A stretch of DNA of 64,000 nt, taken from Armatimonadota bacterium (GTDB taxonomy: Bacteria; Armatimonadota; UBA5829). The notes beneath the pieces were generated by a model that had not been told where the DNA came from, made no database searches, and was given only the letters and a program-made list of their open reading frames with translations. Position 1 is the first letter of the stretch. Each line of letters starts with the position of its first letter. The stretch lies in assembly GCA_012522575.1 (NCBI GenBank), contig JAAYKE010000067.1, positions 383-64,382 on the forward strand, given 5' to 3'. Shown piece by piece: positions 9,213 through 19,153 of the stretch. The position numbers were made by a program, and so were the translations under genes.

Positions 9213-9983
9213 CTACCAACTGTAAATATGCAGCCCCGAACCCAGCAAATTGACGCCAATGAATGTGATAAGAACACACAGAAAACCGATGATCAGCAGC
9301 CTGTTGGCCCATTTGTCCCGTCTGCGGCTGACAATTCGGACGTGCAGATAGGCGGCATATATCAGCCAGGTGATCAGCGACCACGTTTCCTTTGGGTCCC
9401 AGTTCCAATATGAATTCCATGCCGTCTGCGCCCACAGCGACCCGGTGATTATACCCAAAGTCAGCATAGGAAACCCTATCGAAACCATTTTGTAGGCGAA
9501 TCGATCTGCCACATCAAGTGACGGCAGACGCCGCTGAATAACGTTTATGCGCTTTGTTTTGAGCATACGCGCCTGGATCGCATACACCACCGCCGAGCCG
9601 AAAGCAAGCGTGAAGCCGCTGTATCCGAGCAGGCATGTGATAGTGGGGACGGCATTCCAATGACTCTGCAAAGCAGGCAGCAGAGCCGCGTTGATGCTGC
9701 CCGGCAGAGACGACGCCACAACTATCAAACAAGCCGACACAAGCGTGGCAAACGCTCCAAGCGCGGGCATCCTGAACCGTCGCTCCATCAGCAAATATAA
9801 CCCTGTCAGCGTCCAGGAAATAAACATCAGCGACTCGGCAAGGTTGATAATTGCCACCCTGTGTGCATGCGCGCAGTCGAGCGCAATGGCGACGCCCTGA
9901 GCCACCAGGCCAAGCGCAGCCAGCAGACTCGCCCAGCGAGAGACGCGGTCGGCTCCGCCTGCGATACTCCATAGATACAACAC
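9213..9983 (-). CDS. HemX-like cytochrome c assembly family membrane protein (CcsA paralog directly downstream of hemA)
   Basis: 256 aa, multi-TM, with a WNWDPKETW (WWD-like) motif. Its position after hemA mirrors Bacillus hemA-hemX. Confidence 0.65.
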   Translation of the reverse strand: MLYLWSIAGGADRVSRWASLLAALGLVAQGVAIALDCAHAHRVAIINLAESLMFISWTLTGLYLLMERRFRMPALGAFATLVSACLIVVASSLPGSINAALLPALQSHWNAVPTITCLLGYSGFTLAFGSAVVYAIQARMLKTKRINVIQRRLPSLDVADRFAYKMVSIGFPMLTLGIITGSLWAQTAWNSYWNWDPKETWSLITWLIYAAYLHVRIVSRRRDKWANRLLIIGFLCVLITFIGVNLLGSGLHIYSW

Positions 9984-10018
9984 CGCCGCGCACGTATATG
10001 ATATTAGAGCAATGTCGA

Positions 10019-11350
10019 CTATGATGGCTTTTTGTCCCCTTGATTGCTTGCCTGAACCGAATCAGGCGGATTTTCCTCCGGAGTCTCCACGCGACATATT
10101 CCGAACAGATCGCAGACCATATCGAGCTTTTCGGAGGAGTCATCGTGCCCGGCGTAGTCTTTGATCTGTATCATCGGAGTGTGACATATCCTGTTTACTA
10201 TCGAGCGGGTGGTCAGGTTGATCAACTCAAGGTCTTCTCGTGAAAGATGTCTGAGCCTGTCGCGAAGCCTGTCGGTTTCCCGCTGCCGGATGTCCTCGAA
10301 TTTTTCACGCAGCGCACTAATAACGGGCACCGCGTCGAGTGTCCTGAATTTAATCATAAATTCAGCAACCTCCAGGCGCACGATCTCCTCGACCTTTTGC
10401 ACCTCCGCGCGACGCTCTTTGGCGTGCGCCTCGACGGCGGCCTGCAGATCGTCGATATTATAGACAAATACGCCATCGAGCAAATCGACATCGGCCTCGA
10501 TATCACGCGGAACCGCGATATCCACAAAAAACAGCGGCCTGCCTCGACGCGCCTTCATCGCCGACAACACCATTTCACGATCGATAATCGGCTCGGCTGC
10601 GCCGGTCGAGGTGATTACGATATCAGCCGATATCATAGCCGACTGCAGTTGGCTGAATTCCACCGCCTGGCCGTTGAATCTCTCAGCAAGATCAATCGCC
10701 TTCTGGTGAGTTCGATTTGCCACCAGCACCGCCGATGCTCCCGATGCCGTGAGGTGGGTAGCAGTAAGCTCTCCCATTTTCCCCGCGCCCACAAGAAGCA
10801 CGCTGCGGCCCTTCAATTCATCAAATATGGATCTGGCAACTCCAACCGCCACCGAGCCAATGGAGAACGCGCCTCGTCCGATTTCCGTTTCGGTTCGCGC
10901 TCTTTTGCCCACGGAAATCCCCTGTTGAAACAGGCCGCCGAGCAGGGTATGAGCCGACGATGCAGCGGTCGCCGCCGCGTATGCGCTTTTCACCTGTCCC
11001 AATATCTGAGCTTCTCCAAGCACCATCGAATCGATCCCTGAGGCGACCCTGAACAGGTGCTCTATTGCCTTGTGTCCGGCACGGGAGTATAAAAAAGGTT
11101 GGAAGTCCCCGGCGGGAACCGAGAAAAAGGAGCTCATCCACTCGATGATAACCTCATCATCTGCCCTCGAAGGAGTATATGCGTAGACTTCCGTGCGGTT
11201 GCATGTGGAGAGGATGACGCACTCCAACACCGCATCGCGCGATGCCAGGTCACGGTGCGCATCGGGAAGCTGACCGTCGGATATGCTCAGTTTTTCCCGA
11301 AGCTCGACCGGAGCGGTAGTATGATTGAGGCCGATGACTACAAGATGCAC
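10019..11350 (-). CDS. hemA: Glutamyl-tRNA reductase
   Basis: 443 aa with MHLVVIGLNHTTAPVELREKL and the catalytic CNRTEVY motif, plus an NADPH-binding GAGKMG. Confidence 0.92.
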   Translation of the reverse strand: MHLVVIGLNHTTAPVELREKLSISDGQLPDAHRDLASRDAVLECVILSTCNRTEVYAYTPSRADDEVIIEWMSSFFSVPAGDFQPFLYSRAGHKAIEHLFRVASGIDSMVLGEAQILGQVKSAYAAATAASSAHTLLGGLFQQGISVGKRARTETEIGRGAFSIGSVAVGVARSIFDELKGRSVLLVGAGKMGELTATHLTASGASAVLVANRTHQKAIDLAERFNGQAVEFSQLQSAMISADIVITSTGAAEPIIDREMVLSAMKARRGRPLFFVDIAVPRDIEADVDLLDGVFVYNIDDLQAAVEAHAKERRAEVQKVEEIVRLEVAEFMIKFRTLDAVPVISALREKFEDIRQRETDRLRDRLRHLSREDLELINLTTRSIVNRICHTPMIQIKDYAGHDDSSEKLDMVCDLFGICRVETPEENPPDSVQASNQGDKKPS

Positions 11351-11964
11351 TCTCGCGCCCTCTCTAAAGCTTCTTCTACGCGCCCATCCGCCAGCAGGTC
11401 AATGACATTTGAATCCAATATACGCCTGTAAGCAAGGTTGCGGTCGGCTATATTCGGATAAAATTCTTTGATTTCCGCCCTCAATTCGCCGAGCAGCGCG
11501 GCAAGGGCTGCATATTCCGACCCAAACTCGGACTCCAGACGCTCTCGAATGCGACGCGCCATCGCCGGGCTTTTACCCGATGTGGAGACGCTTATAACAA
11601 GATCACCTCTGCGCACAATAGCAGGCACGTAAAAATTGCACAATTCAGGCACGTCGACTACGTTGACCAGCAGGCGGCGGCTGTGACACTGCGCCGAAAT
11701 CGACTTGTTGATCTCAATGTCGTCAGTAGCCGCCACAACCAGAAATGCGCCGTCCAGATGCGACGGGTTATACTCCTGCGCGATATGTTCAATAAGCCCT
11801 TTTTGCGCCATATCACAAAGATCGGAGGTCAATTTTGGGGAGACGACCACAACCGATGCCCCAAAGTCGAAAAAAGTCTCAACTTTGCGCTCGGCAACGT
11901 TGCCTCCGCCCACAACCACGCATTTTTTGCCGGCAAGATTTATACTAATCGAATAGTGTGCCAT
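11338..11964 (-). CDS. Precorrin-2 dehydrogenase / sirohydrochlorin ferrochelatase (siroheme synthase N-terminal domain, SirC/Met8-like)
   Basis: The start was reassigned to the internal Met (MAHYSISINLAGKKCVVVGGGNVAERK Rossmann motif). The track ORF 11338..12129 extends into ccsA in another frame. Confidence 0.7.
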   Translation of the reverse strand: MAHYSISINLAGKKCVVVGGGNVAERKVETFFDFGASVVVVSPKLTSDLCDMAQKGLIEHIAQEYNPSHLDGAFLVVAATDDIEINKSISAQCHSRRLLVNVVDVPELCNFYVPAIVRRGDLVISVSTSGKSPAMARRIRERLESEFGSEYAALAALLGELRAEIKEFYPNIADRNLAYRRILDSNVIDLLADGRVEEALERARECIL

Positions 11965-11969
11965 AGGCT

Positions 11970-12929
11970 CTATCCCGTAGCGTAGCTGTGCAGACCCTGG
12001 AAGAAATATGTTACTCCAAGGAACGTGAAAATCGTCGCGCCAAAGCCGATTATCGCAAGCCAGGCCGATTTGCGCCCCCGCCAGCCCATAGTAGTGTGAG
12101 TATGCAGATAGGTAGCGTAGATAAGCCACGTGATGAGCGACCAGGTCTCTTTAGGATCCCATCCCCAATATCGGCCCCATGCGATCTGCGCCCATACAGC
12201 CCCTATCACGACCAGCAGCGTCTGCATCAGAAATCCAAACGCCACGGTGCGATATATCGATCTATCCAGCAATTTGGCCGCCGGCAGCCTGCTTATCCAG
12301 AACGATGTTTTAGCGGCCTTTTCATCGGCGGCGGTGCGTAAATCGGCCCTCTCGCGCAGCAGATACATTATCGCCAGCACAAAAGCGACCATCGACGCGC
12401 CATAGGCCAGAATCCCGCTGACAATGTGCGGAGTCCGCCAGGCGCTTTGCAAAGCGGGCATTACGCTGCTGTCTATCTTTGCGTTCGGCAGCCTCATCGC
12501 AAACAGCACAAATGCCGACATCAGAGGCACACAAAAGCCTCCCAGCGACCAGTTTTTCGTCAGCAACTCCACCGCAAGATAGACCAGCGTCGCAGCCCAC
12601 GTAAAGGACAGCATATACTCATACAAATTGAGCAGAGGCAGCCTGCCTATCACAATCGAAATCACCACAATGGAGGCGGTGTGCAAAGCAAAAGCCGCAT
12701 ACAAAAACACTCGACCCAGACGAGCGTCGCTCGCCCGGTTTTGTATCAATGCCTTGAGATAACAGGCCGCTGAGACCAGGTATATCCAAAACGAAAACTT
12801 GAAGAGGCTCAGCCCCAGTTGTTCGGTCATAATCAGATTGATCCTCCGTGCTGCACTAAGATATTGATTCGCGCAGACGCTTGAAGTCCTTTTCAAATAT
12901 AGACGGCTCCGCTCTTGAAGTGGCTCCAA
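11970..12929 (-). CDS. ccsA: Cytochrome c-type biogenesis protein CcsA/ResC (System II)
   Basis: 319 aa, polytopic, with WGWDPKETW haem-handling WWD motif and conserved His residues. Confidence 0.8.
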   Translation of the reverse strand: MEPLQERSRLYLKRTSSVCANQYLSAARRINLIMTEQLGLSLFKFSFWIYLVSAACYLKALIQNRASDARLGRVFLYAAFALHTASIVVISIVIGRLPLLNLYEYMLSFTWAATLVYLAVELLTKNWSLGGFCVPLMSAFVLFAMRLPNAKIDSSVMPALQSAWRTPHIVSGILAYGASMVAFVLAIMYLLRERADLRTAADEKAAKTSFWISRLPAAKLLDRSIYRTVAFGFLMQTLLVVIGAVWAQIAWGRYWGWDPKETWSLITWLIYATYLHTHTTMGWRGRKSAWLAIIGFGATIFTFLGVTYFFQGLHSYATG

Positions 12930-14307
12930 TGGCGACTTTGGATCCGTCAGCGGCTCCCGATATGCTGATTCTTATGGTTTTGCGTGTCACATAAAACGAC
13001 ATAAACAAGCCCAGCACCATCAAAATAAACCCGGCATAGATAGCCGGCAGCCCCGGATTGCGGGCGACTTGCAGGCCGGTATAGCTGACCACATTATCGA
13101 GCGTTATGGTCAGGTCCTGGTGTTTGACGGACTGCGACACCGGAACCCATCCAATCTTCCGCCATGCGTCCAGCCCTTTATATTCTGGGAATCGGTCGTT
13201 GAGCATCACGTTTACTGCGACGTTAACGGGCAGCAGGCTCCTGTTAAGCTCCGATCCGCCGACGTAATCCGGGACCAGATCGTGGACAAACAGGGTCCAT
13301 TTCTTGCCGTCAAGGGTGAAAGTCTTGAACGGCTCCTCGGCGATCTGATAGATTTTTGCGCCGCCGCGATCCTCAACGCCGATCTCAAACGGAATACGGG
13401 CAACGCCGCCATCTGCCGTCGTCACCTTGATCGTAAGCCCCGCAAGGCCGTAATCGCTTTGGTAGAATGTCATGCCTTTATATGACAGCGGATGATTGAC
13501 GTCGATGATTTTTTGCGCGACTGGTTTGCCTTCGTCATATATCTGCAAATCGCTGCGATAGGCCGTGGGATTGCCCTTGCCGTCGTGTTTAATTTCGAAT
13601 TTTCGGAGAGCCACCTCGAAGCCGAGCGGTTTTGAGGTATTGCTTTTACTCGGAAAATAGCCGTTTACGCGCTCGCCTTCCACGATGATGACGCCTCCGT
13701 CGGTTCCGACGATTCCTCCGAATATCGCGCCAATGAATATGACAAGAATGCTGAGGTGCGTAAGATACGGTCCCCAGATCGCAGCCCAGCCCTTTGATGC
13801 GTAGATCGACACTGTGTCTTCGTCGGATTGGCTCAACGGCTTATATGAACACTGTCTAAGCGCCGAGACAAGCTTTTGCGCGGCCAGGTCAGCCGAACAG
13901 GCAGACTCCACTTCCTCGGATACGGACATCCGGGCAACGGCCTTTGCGTCAGTCTCAACATTTGGGCTAAAAGTGCGTTTCCACGCCAGTCCAAACCTGT
14001 TGATGCTGCATACCGCGAGGTTGACCCCAACCATAGCAAGCATAGCCGAAAACCACGGCGTGTGATAGATTATGGCTCCCCGTTTGTCCTCGAGGACCGT
14101 GCCCAGCACCGAGACCAAAGCAAGCAACAGCAACAGCCCAATGGCCGTTTTCATCGAACTGAAAAAACTCCAGAACGCTTTTAACAACAGCCCAATGGCC
14201 ATTTTTGTAGAACTGAAAAAACTCCGGAACGCTTCCAAGGCTCCTGTTTCTTTGCGCTCTTCAGCGGTCGGCTGATCTCCATCATCGCGCAGGTCGATGT
14301 CACTCAC
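12856..14307 (-). CDS. resB: Cytochrome c biogenesis protein ResB/Ccs1 (System II), with an in-frame N-terminal tandem duplication
   Basis: 483 aa with ResB-type N-terminal TM (LLLLALVSVLGTVL) and a large periplasmic domain. Nucleotides ~14130-14240 are a 2x ~54-bp tandem repeat giving FRSFFSSTKMAIGLLLKAFWSFFSSMKTAIGLLLL. Confidence 0.75.
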   Translation of the reverse strand: MSDIDLRDDGDQPTAEERKETGALEAFRSFFSSTKMAIGLLLKAFWSFFSSMKTAIGLLLLLALVSVLGTVLEDKRGAIIYHTPWFSAMLAMVGVNLAVCSINRFGLAWKRTFSPNVETDAKAVARMSVSEEVESACSADLAAQKLVSALRQCSYKPLSQSDEDTVSIYASKGWAAIWGPYLTHLSILVIFIGAIFGGIVGTDGGVIIVEGERVNGYFPSKSNTSKPLGFEVALRKFEIKHDGKGNPTAYRSDLQIYDEGKPVAQKIIDVNHPLSYKGMTFYQSDYGLAGLTIKVTTADGGVARIPFEIGVEDRGGAKIYQIAEEPFKTFTLDGKKWTLFVHDLVPDYVGGSELNRSLLPVNVAVNVMLNDRFPEYKGLDAWRKIGWVPVSQSVKHQDLTITLDNVVSYTGLQVARNPGLPAIYAGFILMVLGLFMSFYVTRKTIRISISGAADGSKVAIGATSRAEPSIFEKDFKRLRESIS

Positions 14308-14557
14308 AAACAGACCTCCTGTAAACAGACAGCGCAGACCATTATCGCCGGATTCGGCTGCAATCCGAACTGTCCTGAAGTAATTGTCCTATGCCAGGCA
14401 GATTGTGTCAACTTCCACGGAGCCGTAAATGCATCCGACAATGCGGCATACGAGCAGCATTTGGCATACTGTAACCCTAAACTGGCAATTCACACAGCCT
14501 CACTCGGCACACTTCTTGAAGATATTATGATCAGAAGCCCAGCAGAAAGGAAGATGA

Positions 14558-14863
14558 ATGAAGTATAGAGTCAGCGGAGAAAGCATAGTCCTCATCCTGA
14601 TTTGTTTGGCGGATATGCTATCAACCCTTTTCTTTGTTTTGAGAGGATCCGCAGTCGAACAAAACCCGATAATGGCAGCTTGCCTGAGACAAGGCCCGTG
14701 GGTGTTTGTGCTCGTAAAACTCGCCAGTTTTGTGCCATTTGTTGTTGCTGTCGAAATCTACCGGAAGCACAACGCTGCTTTCGCAAGACGTATCTGTCGC
14801 ACTGCTATAGTGCTGTATGTTACTACTTTTACAGTGCTTACTGTTGCCTTAAACATGTTCTAA
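14558..14863 (+). CDS. Small integral membrane protein (DUF5658-like)
   Basis: 101 aa with three predicted TM segments. Family assignment is from memory. Confidence 0.35.
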   Translation: MKYRVSGESIVLILICLADMLSTLFFVLRGSAVEQNPIMAACLRQGPWVFVLVKLASFVPFVVAVEIYRKHNAAFARRICRTAIVLYVTTFTVLTVALNMF

Positions 14864-14975
14864 TACACAATTTTATCAAAACTCATCGCATCTCTTCTCT
14901 CTCTACCGCTGCCAGATTGACCGGCCGACCGACACCGGCCGGTCAATCTCATGTACGGATCACGTGCTTATAAAA

Positions 14976-15488
14976 TTAATATCTCTGCGCTCGACGGGTC
15001 AGTCGATTCACCTCGCTCAAATATACCTCATACCATCCGGCATACGGCCCCTGCAGATAGGCCGCCCGTATTCTGCGTTTAACAATCCTCAGCCGCTGTT
15101 TGACCACCCTGCGCCTGATCCCCAACACCTGCGCAATTCTTCTGCCGGTAAAGCCCGCCACATAGAGCCTGCAGACGATTTCCTCAATCGCATTGAGACC
15201 GGCCGCGTCGATCAAATCGTTGAGCTGGCTGTCGATGACGCTTTCTATCATCGGAGCCGACGCACAGTCCTCAGTGACTCTTTCAATCCTTTTTCGCTCG
15301 TTGCGCACCTTTCGGTCGAGTTGAGCTTGAGTGTAAATCCCGCTGGCCTTTCCGAGACGAACACATCCGGCAAGCAACTCATCTGACAGGAGTTCCATTT
15401 CTTCATAGCTGAGCTTCGACTGATCTAATGCGCATTGCGATGGGGAGGACACAGGAGAATGCAGCAAAGCGTTGTTCATAATGCTCAC
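14976..15488 (-). CDS. Sigma-70 region-4 (HTH) domain protein; region-4-only, no sigma region 2
   Basis: The C-terminal sequence EEIVCRLYVAGFTGRRIAQVLGIRRRVVKQRLRIVKRRIR matches ECF/sigma-70 r4 HTH. Confidence 0.55.
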   Translation of the reverse strand: MSIMNNALLHSPVSSPSQCALDQSKLSYEEMELLSDELLAGCVRLGKASGIYTQAQLDRKVRNERKRIERVTEDCASAPMIESVIDSQLNDLIDAAGLNAIEEIVCRLYVAGFTGRRIAQVLGIRRRVVKQRLRIVKRRIRAAYLQGPYAGWYEVYLSEVNRLTRRAQRY

Positions 15489-15651
15489 CTCGGTGGGGTA
15501 TTCCGGTCGGCCCGGTATATAATAACAGACGTTAGTCTACTATGTTCACTACCTGTTGTCAACAAATATTGGTGGATTTTTGCCGAAAAAATAGACCGCG
15601 CTCATTTTGCGAACGCGGTCGAAGAATTCGAGGATATAAGGAGATGTGGAA

Positions 15652-16725
15652 TTATATTATCTCGAGATAGTCCTTGTCCGGCAGCGCGGGGAACGGGGCC
15701 GTCGGAAGCGTCTGATACCAGAACGCGCACGATGCGATGTCGTCCTGAAGCGGCAGGTATCGCCCTCCAGACCTCCAGCCCAGCGCCTGCATGGTAACTT
15801 TCAGGTCGGCTTCAAAGCGCACGGGATCGAGAATATGCCATCGATAGAGTCCGAATCGCTCCTGAGCCTGAAGATTGCCGTCCGGCCTTATGACCTGCGG
15901 CATGCCTGCATAAGGCGTGGTGAACTCCGCATATTTGCCGTCTGCCAGGAAGCAGTATGACCCGCAGAAGTAGTCCTCGGTTCCGGTTCCGCAGATGGTT
16001 GGATAGTCGGTGTCGCCGTCCATAAAGAACTTGATTTCGCCCTCTCCCCACCAGCCGTTATTATTGATTCCCCAGCACATATATACGCCCACAAACTGCC
16101 CTTGTCCCTTGACTCCGTCAATAATAGTGAAGTCATGTTTATATGGCAGCGGGTTTTCGCGCCTGAATTGCGCGTGGAAATATGCGCAGTCGTCCGGCAC
16201 ATCGGTGAGGGTGTAGTTGATTTGATAGAACAGCACCATATCTTCATCGGATATATTGGTCAGCGTCATCGTGCAGTGTTTGCGAAACGGCATTTCCCAA
16301 TAGCAGTTCAGCCCGCTGCCGGGATTTACGCAGATCGCCAACGAGGACACCTGCGCGAATTTCTGCCATCCGCAGGCAAAAAAGTCCCCTATCGGGCATT
16401 CGACCGAGGGCTGCTCCTGATTATCCCAATATATTCTCAGGATCTGATGCCTCCAGTGGCCGCCGGGAGTCATCCATATCTGCTGAATCGCTCCCGGACC
16501 GTCGATATCGGCGATCTCCCGACACTCCCCCGCTTTAATGACAATAGCCGGAGAAACTTTCCAGCCCTGTCCAAGCTCTCTTGCAGCGGCGGTGCTCAGA
16601 CCCTCGGCGGCCATCCCGCCTTTGCCTTTTTCTCCGTTGAAGTTTTCCGCGCTGATCGATCGGCTCTTAGCCGACGACAGCCGGGAAAGGTTCCCCATAT
16701 TCATTCCTAGACCGTTGAAAGCCAT
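15652..16725 (-). CDS. DUF2961 family protein (putative glycoside hydrolase-like)
   Basis: WGEGEIKFFMDGD...GTGTEDYF is a hallmark of DUF2961. The start was moved to the ATG with a GGAGG RBS (MAFNGLGMN). Confidence 0.65.
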   Translation of the reverse strand: MAFNGLGMNMGNLSRLSSAKSRSISAENFNGEKGKGGMAAEGLSTAAARELGQGWKVSPAIVIKAGECREIADIDGPGAIQQIWMTPGGHWRHQILRIYWDNQEQPSVECPIGDFFACGWQKFAQVSSLAICVNPGSGLNCYWEMPFRKHCTMTLTNISDEDMVLFYQINYTLTDVPDDCAYFHAQFRRENPLPYKHDFTIIDGVKGQGQFVGVYMCWGINNNGWWGEGEIKFFMDGDTDYPTICGTGTEDYFCGSYCFLADGKYAEFTTPYAGMPQVIRPDGNLQAQERFGLYRWHILDPVRFEADLKVTMQALGWRSGGRYLPLQDDIASCAFWYQTLPTAPFPALPDKDYLEII

Positions 16726-16894
16726 TTTTTGCCTCCGATAGTTAACTGGAGTGAGTTTAGCATATAGATAGTCGGCTCGCAAGGTTTTTTGGGCGTTATA
16801 ATGCGAAGGATGATACTATGGATGCGGCTAACTTATGTATGGTCGGAAGCGCAAAGAGACTTCTGTGTGCGGTCCGAATTGTCAGGAGGCTGAA

Positions 16895-18772
16895 ATGGTC
16901 AAACGCAACTATGCCGCGGTTCCATTTACCGATGTGAAGCTCAGCGATCGGTTTTGGGCACCACGAATGGACGTCAACCGCATAATAACGCTGGAACATG
17001 AGTATGGCGAGTGTAAGAAAACCGGGCAGGTCGATGCGTGGGATTCCGCCTCCAAGCTCAACCGGCATATATTCTATGACTCCGATCTTGCGAAATGGAT
17101 CGAGGCGGCCGCATACAGTCTGGCCACCCATCCCAACCCTGAAGTGGAAAAACGCATAGATGACATAGTCGATATGATGCAAAAGCTGCAGATGCCGGAC
17201 GGATATCTGAACAGCTATTTTATCAACGTCGCGCCCGAAAAAAGATGGAAAAACCTGCGCGATGAGCACGAATTATACTGCGCAGGCCATCTTATGGAAG
17301 CCGCAGTCGCCTATCACCAATCCACAGGCAAGCGCAAATTTCTCGATGTCATGTGTCGCTATGCCGACCATATCGACGCCACATTCGGAGTCGAACCCGG
17401 CAAAAAGCGCGGCTATTGCGGCCACGAGGAGATCGAACTTGCCCTCGTCAAGCTCTACCATGAGACCAAAAACGAGAAGTATCTGAAGCTGGCGAGGTAT
17501 TTTGTGGATGAGCGCGGCAAAGAGCCGCACTATTTCAATATAGAAGCGCAGGAACGCGGCGAAGATCCCAAAAACTTCCATTTCCGCACCTATGACTACT
17601 GCCAGGCTCAGGTTCCGGTGCGCGAACTTGCAAGAGTAGCCGGCCATGCGGTGCGGGCGATGTATATCTACGCGGCTATGGCAGATCTGGCCGGAGAAAC
17701 CGACGACCAGTCTCTGCTGGATGCGTGCGACCGATTGTGGGAGAACCTTAGCGAAAAGAATATGTATATCACCGGCGGCATAGGCCAGACGGCGAGCAAT
17801 GAGGGCTTCACGTTCGACTACGACCTGCCAAATGAGACAGCCTACGCCGAAACCTGCGCCAGCATCGGCCTGGTTTTCTGGAGTCATCGCCTGTTGCAGT
17901 TGGATTGCGACGGAAAGTATGCCGATGTGATGGAGCGAGCGCTGTATAATGGCGTTGTCAGCGGGGTATCGCTGGACGGCAAAACGTTTTTCTATGGCAA
18001 CCCATTGGAAACGCGGGGAGGCTATGGTCGGTCGGAATGGTTTGGGTGCGCGTGCTGTCCCCCTAATGTTGCAAGGCTGATCGCTTCGGTGGGACAATAT
18101 GTCTACTCCGTGGGCGGCAGCGAAGCAATGGTTCATCTATATGGCCAGGGCGAAGCTCAGATGAAGGTCAACGGCGGGACGTTGACGCTCAAGCAGAAAA
18201 CCGAATACCCGTGGGATGGACGAGTGCAGATCACAGTCGAACCTCCAAAGGACGCAAGCGAGTTTACCCTCAAACTGCGCATCCCCGGATGGTGCCGAAA
18301 GGCGACCCTGAAGGTCAATGGCAGCACACTCGACCTCGATGGCATAGTCCGCAAGGGATATGCGGCCATAGGGCGCACGTGGAACTCCGGAGACGTGGTC
18401 GAGCTGAACCTTACAATGCCGGTGGAGCGGGTATATGCGCATCCCGCGGTGAGACAAAATTTCGGATATGTGGCGTTGCAGCGCGGCCCGATCGTGTACT
18501 GTCTGGAGCAGACGGATCATTCCGAAGACATCTGGCGCATCGCCATGCCTGAGGACGGCGAACTGACGGCGCGATATGCTAAAGATGTGCTGGGAGGAGT
18601 GACGCTGATAGAAGGGGACGCCCTGGCGGCATCGACGGAGGGCTGGGAGCGCAAACTATACGGGGACTCCCCAAAGATGACTCCGTGCAAAATCAAGGCT
18701 GTTCCGTATTGCACGTGGGCAAACAGAGGGGCCGGCGCTATGAAGGTGTGGCTCAGGGAGGAGTCAGTTTAG
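16895..18772 (+). CDS. Glycoside hydrolase family 127 (beta-L-arabinofuranosidase, HypBA1-like / DUF1680)
   Basis: GH127-type architecture with the Cys-rich Zn site WFGCACCPPN. The start was chosen at the ATG after an AGGAGG RBS (MVKRNYAAVPF). Confidence 0.75.
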   Translation: MVKRNYAAVPFTDVKLSDRFWAPRMDVNRIITLEHEYGECKKTGQVDAWDSASKLNRHIFYDSDLAKWIEAAAYSLATHPNPEVEKRIDDIVDMMQKLQMPDGYLNSYFINVAPEKRWKNLRDEHELYCAGHLMEAAVAYHQSTGKRKFLDVMCRYADHIDATFGVEPGKKRGYCGHEEIELALVKLYHETKNEKYLKLARYFVDERGKEPHYFNIEAQERGEDPKNFHFRTYDYCQAQVPVRELARVAGHAVRAMYIYAAMADLAGETDDQSLLDACDRLWENLSEKNMYITGGIGQTASNEGFTFDYDLPNETAYAETCASIGLVFWSHRLLQLDCDGKYADVMERALYNGVVSGVSLDGKTFFYGNPLETRGGYGRSEWFGCACCPPNVARLIASVGQYVYSVGGSEAMVHLYGQGEAQMKVNGGTLTLKQKTEYPWDGRVQITVEPPKDASEFTLKLRIPGWCRKATLKVNGSTLDLDGIVRKGYAAIGRTWNSGDVVELNLTMPVERVYAHPAVRQNFGYVALQRGPIVYCLEQTDHSEDIWRIAMPEDGELTARYAKDVLGGVTLIEGDALAASTEGWERKLYGDSPKMTPCKIKAVPYCTWANRGAGAMKVWLREESV

Positions 18773-18806
18773 CGCAGCGGTCGGACCCATCCGCCGTAAC
18801 AACCGA

Positions 18807-19078
18807 CTCTTCGTGAGTGATAGCAGTGACAGGTCTCTGTCCCAGTCACACAAACTATGTCATTTCGAACGAAGTGAGAAATCTGCTTTCCGTAAATCGC
18901 GAAAGCTCGAAGGAAGCGAAACCCAGAAAAGAGAAGGGAAAAGCAGATTCCTCAGCACTTGCCTCGGAATGACAATTTACTTGGCGCATTTAAGTGTTGT
19001 AGGTAGCTGGCATCTGTCCTAGCCCAGTCCGAGACGGAGATCGGACACTACGGACAGGATTACTGATCATTCGTGAGC
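18807..19078. repeat. Composite MITE-like repeat, copy B (inverted relative to copy A; lacks heptamer arrays but carries two TGTCATTTCG / GAAATCTGCTTTT core units and the GTCCGAGACGGAGATCGGACAC block)
   Basis: The termini CTCTTCGTGAGTG and GATCATTCGTGAGC match the termini of copies A and D. Track ORF 18813..19022+ is an artefact. Confidence 0.75.
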
Positions 19079-19153
19079 TGTTACTATCCGCCTGTTCCCT
19101 TGACACTATTTTTAGCGCGGAGTTTAATATTGATGACAGTCGTGAGTCGAACA

